NCBI GenBank assembly: GCA_002269645.1
Contig: NIVC01004783.1
Span: forward strand, 1-35,086
From: Macrostomum lignano
Taxonomy: Eukaryota
Direction: 5' to 3'
Length of the DNA: 35,086 nt
In this document: positions 12,573 to 22,900 of the stretch, in pieces
Layout of the letters: every line of letters starts with the position of its first letter
How positions within the stretch are numbered: position 1 is the stretch's first letter
Made by a program: the position numbers and the translations under genes
Notes under the pieces: model-generated
Database searches by the model: none
What the model saw: only the letters and a program-made list of their open reading frames with translations
Told to the model about the DNA's origin: nothing

Positions 12573-13749
12573 GAGTTGGCAATCCAATACAGCGCTGAAT
12601 CCTCTCAAAGCAGCTCATAGCATTAGAAAGGTCGTGACCTCAGCCACACGCTTCGCAAAGTTTATGCCAGAAGTTGTAAGAATAGAATTCCACTCAACTT
12701 TTTTGCACTGCACTAGTATGCAGTGAGAAGCTGACGTACCAATTAAGTCTGTTTGCCGTGAAATAATAATTCCAAACCATACAGTTTTGTCTGCATTATT
12801 TAATTAATTGGTCGCAATGTGCACACGTGTAATGACAATGTGGTGGGCTGGAATGCACAGGGTGAAAGTTGAGCTAGAGAGAAAGCCTATAGCCCACTGA
12901 CGACACCTCAAAGCTAATATAATACTTGAAATTCGCAGTAATTTTAGAGCATCAACCCATTCCGGAGACCTGATCCACAGGCTCACAGCTCGCATAAAAG
13001 ACAGACAATACTCGTATTGATAAACCCGAGTTTCACCAGTTTGCTAGCACTGTTACACTGTTCATAAATAATGCACCAGTAACTGCGGTGTAGCGGCTCA
13101 GAGATCCGATTTCAAATATAAACATGCAACAGGTAATTAGCATAATGTTAATTGTTGCAGTGCCAGCAGTGGAAGCTAGATTAGTGGAAGCAAGATTATG
13201 CTTGATCAGTCCTCACTAGAATGATTACAGAAATTTCGAGGAACGAGAAAGTGTCTGAAGAATTGCACACACATTGAAGAAACAAAGAATTGGTTGTTGC
13301 TGATGCCACTAGTGCTTCGCAAAGTTTACGCTTGTTAAGTAAGATAAGGTGAAAACGAGGCTGCACAAGCCTAACGAGCGAGAATACGAGCTAAACATTT
13401 CTAAGAAATAAACACAGCTAGCGCACTGCGCAGTTTGAAGCATTGAATTTTATGTTTGATCAGCAGGCAGGGTTTGTATTTTCTAACATATTCTTAGCGC
13501 CCTACTTGTAGTAGGGTTGTAAATAAACTTTTTGTATTTTCGTAAATACCGATTTCTAGTTTTAACAGCTATTAATTTTTATGGAATATTGCAGCGAATA
13601 TAAAAAATGAACATAAGAAATCATATCGGGATTTTTTTAGAAATATGGTATTATTTACGAGGCTCAATACATTAAAGGGTCTTAAAGATTGCAGACATCG
13701 GAGTGCTAGATCAGCAATCGCTTTTTTCATTATCTTAACAGCGTAGATA

Positions 13750-13988
13750 AGCAATCCATTATAATAATTATCCCAAAAGACTAGACTAGCAATCCATTAT
13801 AATAATTATCCCAAAAGACTAGACTAGCAATCCATTTTATTATTATCCCAATAGACTAGACTATCAATCCATTATAGTAATTATCCCAATAGACTAGACT
13901 ATCAATCCATTATAGTAATTATCCCAATAGGATAGACTAGCAATCCATTAGATTAATTATCTCAATAGGCTAGACTAGCAATCCATCA
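13750..13988. repeat. 38-bp tandem repeat (GCAATCCATTATAATAATTATCCCAAAAGACTAGACTA), about 6 copies, directly 3' of the LRRIQ1 stop
   Basis: Visible tandem units with point variants and no spacers. Confidence 0.93.
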
Positions 13989-13991
13989 AGC

Positions 13992-16900
13992 TCACGGTCT
14001 CTCAGTTGCGCGATAACTCGCGGACCGCCCACCACTTACAACTAGCGAATTTGATCGCCCACTGTTGATCTGCGGCAGGAAGGGCTGCTGCTGCTGCTGC
14101 ACTGCCTGTCGACCAGCTGCTGTTGACGAACTCAGCTCGTGCGACCTCGGACGCCGGTCGGAAGCGCCGGAAGCGGCACCGACACCGCTGGTCGCAGACT
14201 CGGTCACTGGCGAGTTGAAGACCCATTCGTAGGTGCGCTCGTTTCTAGGGCCGGAGTCTTCGCGCCTCGATTGATCGGCTTGAGCACGCTCGAGCTCTTT
14301 GGCTGGTTGTGGGCCGGTTTGGGTCACGTGATTTTGTTGTTGCTTTGAGGAAGCATTTTAATTGGTTTTTGAGTGGTGTAGTTGGTTTTAAAGGGTTGTG
14401 GCCTAGTGGTCAGAGCATCGGACTCACGACTTGAAGGTCGGGGGTTCGATTCTTGACTCTCTCGGAAAAATCTGTGTCCTTGAGCAAAACACTTGACTCT
14501 GCATTGCTTCAGTTCACCCAGCTATAAAATGGGTGCCAGCATTAGCTGGGGTAATTGAGGGTGTGTGGCGACCCCCCCAGTCCTTGGACTGAACAGCCGT
14601 ACGCAGCCTTCAGATGCGCCGCGCAATAGCTGCGACTGAGCTGTCGGTTGCACTCCTGCCCAATTGGGGCAGGTGTAACCAGTTACTATTATTATATGGG
14701 TGCAGTTGGTTTTAGTCACGTGACATGGGTATGATCAATCTCCGTCACGTGATCTGTTTGGACGAGTGCAATGGATTTGGGGGTCACGTGATCTGTAATT
14801 GAACTAACTGGCTGCAGTTTTTATGGTCACGTAATTTGTTTATGGCGTGTACAGTTTATTGTGATCACGTGATCTAAGTTTGGGTGGGAGCAACTGGTTT
14901 TAGTCAATATTGTGATTTATTGACTTTCGTTCTTTTTTAAGAAGAGATTAATCGCAATAGACTGGCATAACAATTACCTTTAAAGTACTCAATCTTGTGC
15001 ATGCTGTGCCCCTTCGATTGCTCAGCCGCAGGCGCAGCGGGCCGTGCGCTGGCCTCCAGCTTTTTGAACAAATAGTAGCGCTGCTGGGGATCTGAGAGGG
15101 CATTTTGAGTTGGAGCGCGTGCTGAAGGATTGCTTGAATAGAAGAAAATTATAAATTATTATTCAATTTAAGAAGCCTTAAAAAGAATTGTTGCAAAGTA
15201 CATACTGTACGCTCGTTAGCCTGCTTTAGGTGCTGATACATTATTACATTCCAATATTTCCTTCCATGTGGTCCATAGTATAGTATACAGTTACTATTGT
15301 ACTAGTTAACGTTTATTATTGAATTATGAATGTACTCAAAGTAATAAATTACATGCCGTTCTTTGTAAAAAGGCAAAGAAGATGAATAGCAGAGAGGATC
15401 AAGAGGAATGAATAGAGCAAAACTGAAACTATCGGTGCAGGAGACAATAAAGTTGCAGAAAGAGACAAAGTAACAAAGATCTACTCGGTCTCAGGTGTTC
15501 ATTTACCAAGCTTCATTCCTCGCTCAATCTTCTCTGCAATAAAAAAATGACTGGCTATGTGTCCAACGCACAGGTTAGTTGAACCACCCGCCAAGTGATC
15601 AAACATCTCAAGATTGCCCACCGCCAGCCTGCCAGATGCTGAGTTGCTGGGCCAGCCTCCCAGATCCTCAGTTGCTGGGCCAGCCTCCCAGATCCTCAGT
15701 TGCTGGGCCAGCCTCCCAGATCCTCAGTTGCTGGGCCAGCCTCCCAGATCCTCAGCTGCTGGGCCAGCCTCCTAGATCCTCAGCTGCTGGGCCAGCCTCC
15801 CAGATCCTCAGCTGCTGGGCCAGCCTCCCAGATCCTCAGTTGCTGGGCCAGCCTCCCAGATCCTCAGCTGCTGGGCCAGCCTCCCAGATCCTCAGTTGCT
15901 GGGCCAGCCTCTCAGATCCTCAGTTGATGGGCCAGCCTCCCAGATCCTCAGTTGCTGGGCCACCGCTAGTGCCTCCCAGATCCTCAGTGTCTGGGCCAGC
16001 CTCCCAGGTCCTCAGTGTCTGGGCCAGCCTCCCAGGCCCTCAGTGTCTGGGCCAGCCTCCCAGATCCTCAGTGTCTGGGCCAGCCTCCCAAATCCTCAGT
16101 GTCTGGGCCAGCCTCCCAGAGTGTCAGTTGCTGGGCCAGCCTCCTCTCTTGAGATCCTCTCAATCTCCTTTAAAGCAGGAACACAACAAAAGAGCGGCGT
16201 GTGTGTCACAAACTCACCCATCTTGCTCAGTCGTTTCCGTTTGTCCGAGTTCAACTTCATCTTCTTAGCCCTCTCCAGCATCACCTGAGCGCTGCGGTCG
16301 TCGTTAAAGCCCCTGAAAATAATCGTTCAAAAAATGTATTGTCAATCATATTGTTTCAACTGCCTAATAGAAAGCTACATGACTCAACACTTATTCGCCT
16401 ACCAGTCTTCTCTAATCTGATCGATTTTCTTAGACCGGTGAGTGGATTGGCTGGGGTTGCGGCCCGACTGTCCGGTGCCGGGCTCGCCGCCAGCCACTGT
16501 CGAGTCGGACCGATGCGTCACAACCTGCAGGCTGCCTTCTGCAATTAATTGTTTGCCGAAACATGCAACATTTGCCTAGCTAGCCTACTATGAGTAGAGA
16601 GTTTAAGACAGAATATCTTTTCAATGAAAAATTGGGTCATTTTCAACTTTTGATATAAGATACTGCTGCCATCAACTCTCTTCTGTAGAGGGCACTTTGG
16701 AAAACCAAAAATTCACAACGCCAAAAATCCTTGCGTTCGGGAAGTAAACTCTTGGAATTGGGAATTCGGGATCTGTGGATGCCGGCCCAGCAAAGGAGGA
16801 TCTGGGACTGGCGGTGGGCCCCTGCAACTGAGGATCTGGGAGGCAGGCGGGGGGCACAGCAACTGAGGATCTGGGAGGCTTGCGGGGAGCACAGCAACCG

Positions 16901-19900
16901 AGGACTTGGGAGGCTGCCCTGCAAAGGAGGGTCTGGGAGGCTGGGGGGGCACAGCAACTGAGGATTTAGGAAGCTGGGGGGGGGGGCACAGCAACTGATC
17001 ATGTTGATTGCCAAATGAGATTGGTAATAATCAATCGAAAGATTGTTTCTTTTAATAGTGTAAAAATACTTAAAACGGTTAATATCGAGTTTTATCTCGT
17101 TTTAGCCAGACTGCCTACTATAAGTAGTCAAATATACACTTTGCTTACTTAAATCCAGTCGGCCCAGAGGCGTAAACCGGCCACCGCTGGTTGGCGAGTT
17201 GATCCACGCGTCTTTTGGTGGCAGAGCAGCGTGTCTGGGGCGCCTGGTTGGGCAGCGGGGTAAATCGTGACCTTTATTGTACACTTCTAGCAGTACAAAT
17301 AAAAAACCCTGGATACAAGGCTTGCAATTAGAAATTCCGTTACAGTCTTCCGAATATTGAATACTGCTACTCATTGTTAGTAGTATGGAGGCGTCACTCA
17401 CCGCGCAGAATCTGGACGGGGTGAATTCGGCAGTTGAATGTCGTCAAACATGGCGTCGACGTCCATCTGAGGTAAAGTGTGCAGCAGCGGGGATCAAAGC
17501 CAGCTCGAAAAGATATAGTGTACATGCAAGAGACCTGCTATCCAAGCTCACCTCCTCGATGTTGATGTCGGCCTCGTCCATGTCCTCGCCGTCCGACAGA
17601 ACGCCACCGCCGCCGCCACCGCCGCTGCCGACGCGACCTTCACCGTCGGCGTCGTCGCCATCCTCGTCTTTAACGGTGGCCAGGGCGGCGCGGATCCACT
17701 GGCGCACCTGGTGACCCCTCCAAGTGGCCTGCGGAAAAATATTGAAAAAATTATTAGCCAAGTATGATAAGCCAAATATGATTAGCCAAAGGTGATTAGG
17801 CAAAACTTATTAGCCAAATCTGATTAGACAAAGGTGATTAGACAGATCTGATTAGCCAAATCTGATTAGACAAAGGTGATTAGACAGATCTGACTAGCCA
17901 AATCTGATTAGACAAAGGTGATTAGACAGATCTGATTAGCCAAATCTGATTAGACAAAGGTGATTAGACAGATCTGATTAGCCAAATCTGATTAGCCAAA
18001 GATTATTAGACAAATCTGATTAGCCAAATCTGATTAGACAAAGGTGATTAGACAGATCTGATTAGCCAAATCTGATTAGACAAAGGTGATTAGACAGATC
18101 TGATTAGCCAAATCTGATTAGACAAAGGTGATTAGACAGATCTGATTAGCCAAATCTGATTAGCCAAAGATTATTAGACAAATCTGATTAGCCAAATCTG
18201 ATTAGACAAATCTGATTAGCCAAATCTGATTAGCCAAATCTGATTAGACAAATCTGATTAGCCAAAGATTATTAGACAAATCTGATTAGCCAAATCTGAT
18301 TAGCCAAATCTGATTAAACAAATCTGATTAGCCAAATCTGATTAGCCAAATCTGATTAGCCAAAGGTGATTAGCCAAATCTGATTAGCCAAAGATTATTA
18401 GACAAATCTGATTAGCCAAATCTGATTAGACAAATCTGATTAGCCAAATCTGATTAGACAAATCTGATTAGCCAAAGATTATTAGACAAATCTGATTAGC
18501 CAAATCTGATTAGCCAAATCTGATTAGCCAAAGGTGATTAGCCAAATCTGATTAGCCAAAGATTATTAGACAAATATGATTAGCCAAAGGTGATTAGCCA
18601 AATATGATCAGCCAAAGGTGATTAGCCAAATCGGATTAGCCAGAGGTGATTAGACAAATCTGATTGCCAAATCTGATTAGCCAAAGGTGATTAGACAAAT
18701 CTGATTAGCCAAATCTGATTAGCCAAAGGTGATTAGCCAAACGTGATTAGCCAAAGGTGATTAGACAAATCTGATTAGCCAAAGATTATTAGCCAAATCT
18801 GATTAGCCAAAGGTGATTAGCCAAAGGTGATTAGCCAAAGGTGATTAGCCAAAGGTGATTAGCCAAAGATGATTAGCCAAATATGATTATCCAAATATGA
18901 TTAGCCAAATCTGATTAGCCAAAGGTGATTAGCCAAATCTGATTAGCCAAAGGTGATTAGCCAAATCTGATTAGCCAAATCTGATTAGTCAAAGGTGATT
19001 TGCCAAATCTGATTAGCCAAAGGTGATTAGCCAAAGGTGATTAGCCAAAGGTGATTAGCCAAAGGTGATTAGCCAAACCTGAATTCTCGCCGCCGCCAGC
19101 TCCAGCCGACTCAAATTTTCGTCCATCTTCTTTCGGAACAAGTAGCCCCGATAGGTGGCCTGTATTTTCACCGCGGCAGCTGTTTCTAATGACATTGGCG
19201 CCAGTTGTGGCGCCATTTGTAGCGCGGGTTGTGGCGCCGTTTGTGGCGCCATCGGCCGCGTCGTTTTATGCTGCGCCGATTTGGGTCCCGAAACGCTGCC
19301 GCTTCTGCCACCGCCGCCGCCGCCGCCGCCGCCGCCACCGCCGCCGCCACCCAGACTGTCTTCAACGCCATCATATTCGAGCAGGTCGGCCTGTCTGGCG
19401 TCCAAAAAGTGCTCAAACTCCTGATAGGAGCGATGCCGCTTCGCAGCCAGAAAACTGTCGCCATAGAAACGACGACAGCGCCGAAGTCGGACGAGCGGCG
19501 GGCCGGCAGAATGCCGGACATGGCTGGCCTCGCGCTCCCCAAATTGGACGGAAAATTCCAGGCACTTTCTTAGAAACTGCGAGGCCGGCGGCCCCGCCTC
19601 CTCCAATTCGATTTCGTCGCCGTTTTCGACCAGGCGTCGCCGTGCTCGATCGGCCTCAGCCAGTCGGCGACGGAGGGCGGCAGCTCCTGAGCCAGGATTT
19701 CTGCTCAGCCGGAGCTGCTCCACGACTGGCGCTGGCGACTCGGCCGAAGTCAGGGTGTTGACAACCGACAGGCAGTCGTCAGCCGACAGGCAGTTAGCGG
19801 ACAGGTCCAGCTGGCGGAGGAGCGGACAGCGGGCGAGCAGGTGCGGCAGCGCCGAGGCCGCGGAGCTCGCCGAGCCCAGCTGGTTGGCGCTGAGGCGGCA

Positions 19901-22900
19901 CTCGCGAAGGCAAGGCAGCCAGAGGGGGCGGCCGCCGCCTTCGCCGGATGTCGCCGCCGCTGGCAGGTCCTTCAGCGAGTTCTCAGCCAGATTCAACCGG
20001 ATTAGCAGGGGACTGTTGCTCAGGCTGGGGAACTGCAGTTTCAAATAGATATCCGGCATGTATGAATGATATTTCGGAGCCTGTGAGGATCATTCGGGGC
20101 GCCCGTTATGATCGTTTTTGGAGTTTACTATGGTCGATTTTTAGCGTCTATTATGAACTTTTTGGCGTCTATTGTGATCATTTTTGGAGTCTATAATGAA
20201 ATATCTGGCATCTATTAGATTGTTTTTGGCGTCTAATATGATCGTTTTGGCGTCTATTATGATTATTTTTGCAGATATAATGACCATTTTTGTCTATCAC
20301 GATCATTTTTGACGTCTATTATGATCGCTTTTGGCGTCTATTGTGATCGTTTTCGGCGTCTATTGTGATCGTTTTTGGCGTCTATTGTGATCGTTTTTGG
20401 CGTCTATTGTGATCGTTTTTGGCGTCTACAATGATCTTTTTTGCATATATAATGACCATTTTTGGCTATCATGATCATTTTTGGCGTCTATTATGATCAT
20501 TTTTGGAGTCTATTATGATCATTTTTGGAGTCTATTATGATCATTTAAGGCATCAATCATGATAATTTATCAATTTTAATTATGATCAATTTTGGCACAT
20601 TGCATGATTGGTGGTAATCTAAAATTCTGAAGAGATTGAAAAATCAGCATTCAACATCAAATTCTTTATTAGACAAAATTTGAATGACCTGGCATCGCTA
20701 CTAGCTAGTGGTCAGTCGATCTGGCAACAAGGACCATGTGTCAAAGCAGGAGTGCCAGCTTACATGCGTCAGGTTGTTCTCGCTGAGATCCAGATCAACT
20801 AGACAGGGCAGGCCGCCGGCGGAGTCGAATGCGCCGATGTGATTGCTGCCGAGGTTCAGCCAGATGATGGATGGCAGCAGCTGCAGGGCTGAGGCTGGCG
20901 CTTCGGTCAGCTGATTTCTGCTGGCGTTTAGGCGCAGCAGGCGCGGCAAAAGTACGCCGAAATCTGTTGGGCAGAAGCGGATATTGTTATTGATAAGGGT
21001 ACACTTTTGCTAGATTTACTTTTGCTAGAAGTACTTTTGTTTGGCGAACTTTTAGTTGTACTTTAGTCTAATGTTTAAGTGTTATATTGTTTTTAGCTAT
21101 AATTGCGCTTAAAAACAAATTCACTTAAAAAACTTTAATAAAAAATTACTTTCTAATGATACACTTTTTTATTGTACCATGGGTGTCAGTTTAATGTGTA
21201 CTTTAATAATGTACTTTTACAGGATGAATTTTTGTAATTGTGCGCACTTTCTAATCAACTTCCAGCTCGGAAAACGTAGAGTCATACATAATAAAAGTAC
21301 AAATGACTCACTCAACCGCGTCAGTCTATTGCCGCTGACGTCAAGGTGTGTCAACCGTTTGGTCGTCTCCAGACCGTGCAGCGATGCGACCCGGTTGTTT
21401 GAAGCGTCCAGATAAAACAGCTGCTCCAGGCCGGTGACGTCCACGTGCAGCAGCGAGTTGCTCTGGAGGGTTTTTTATAATCGGGTTAATTCGTTGGTTT
21501 ATCTTCCTGGGATGTTTAGTTTGCCTCGGAGGCAAATGGTTGTTTTGAAAGCGCTGTTTTAATGGCGCTGTTATGGTGGCGCCGCTATGGTTGGCGCTGT
21601 TGTAGTGGCGCTGTCATGGAGACCAATAGTCTACTGCAGCTCCCAGAAGCAGAGGACAGCAAAATCGACTCACCGAAACGTCGAGCAGCTGCAGCTGCGG
21701 GCAGCAAGCCGCCAGCTCCGGCAGGTGGGGCAGCCCGCAGCCGGTCAGCCGGAGGGCGCGCAGGGCGACGCACCGGCCGAGGAAGTCGGTGACGATGCCG
21801 ACTGGCGGAGGCGGCGACGGCGACACTAAACTGAGGGCGGCGGCTTCGCCGGGCTTGGTGACCTCCGCTGTGCCGTCTGCGTCGACAGCGACGGCGAGAA
21901 GTCGAGTTCGCGCCGCCGACGCCTCCTCGGGCGACAGCGAAGCCATCGCGTCCGCCGCCGCCCGCTGTTGCCGACGTGGCCGACGCTTCGGACTCGGCGC
22001 TGATGCGGCCGCGGCGGCGGCGGAAGCGACAGCCGCGTAGGTTGGCTGCGACTTGAGCCACGACAGGCGGGCGATGAACAAATCCTGCCCCAGGTCGCTC
22101 ATGTGGTTCGTGGTTCGTTCGCGAGCCGGCGCAGAGTCGAATGTGGCGGTCGCGGGTTCAGCATTCGGCTTGTTGAGCTCGGCTCTGGAGATGGGCTGCT
22201 TGGAGTCTGAGTTGGCTGATTGAACACCAGACTTGGCTGTTTGCTCAGATGACTGCTCACTTGGGGTCTTTACTGCGTCTGAGTCGACTTTGTTAGATGC
22301 AGGCAGAGGATTTACTGGGGTGTCTGGTCGGACAGAATCTGGTTCTGATTGTCTGGGGGTCGCCTTTGGTGCTGGCGATTTGGACTCTTCGATTTCCGTT
22401 GCTGAAGCATCCGGAGATTCGAGAGCTGGTTGTTGCGAAGGGGTTTCGAGTTTTGAAGGCCTGACGGACTTTGGTGAGTACGGTGGCGCAGTGGACTCTG
22501 GAACTGCAGCGACAGTCTCTCCTGTTGATGCCGTTGTCGCTAATTCTTTGTTACAAGAAGTTGAATCCTTGGTTGCTTTCTCAATCGAAGCTTTACCAAC
22601 AGCTTCTATTGCTGAGTCTTTGTTGCTGGTAGATGGAGAATCTTTGTTTTCTACCGCAATAGATTGTTTGGCATTGTGAAGTGAATCTTTTAAGTCAGTC
22701 TTGTTCTCATTAGCAGCATCTGTTGAGTCAAATGTTTCCAACACTTTTTTATCCACCTGTGCTGAGTCTTTGTTCTCAATCTTTTCAGGAGAGTCTTTGC
22801 TTTCTACCGTCGCCAAGTCTTTACTCTCAATCGAAGCGGGATCTTTTTGGTCCACTGTTTCTGAGTTGTTCTCCACCGCTTTCGAGTCTTTGTTCTCTTC

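Noticed and set aside
12650-13328. 15-nt direct repeat GCTTCGCAAAGTTTA (12650 and 13314) as a target-site duplication, and a possible plus-strand exon near 13215-13345
   Set aside because: No element structure between the copies; candidate exon frames contain stops and show no recognisable homology.
13750-13988. CRISPR-like array (also considered for the 23-33-bp arrays)
   Set aside because: Units are head-to-tail with no unique spacers, there are no cas genes, and the context is eukaryotic.
14303-14350. Alternative LRRIQ1 acceptors at 14342 (and 17271)
   Set aside because: Both are out of phase with the upstream donors; the acceptors at 14302 and 17243 keep the frame.
14393-14465. Functional tRNA gene
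   Set aside because: A and B boxes are present but the acceptor and T stems pair poorly, and the sequence continues into a CORE-like domain and tail, so it is a SINE head.
15579-16268. Repetitive ORFs ([24 protein letters not shown]) here and at 31836-32689
   Set aside because: Translations of the 28-bp intronic minisatellite.
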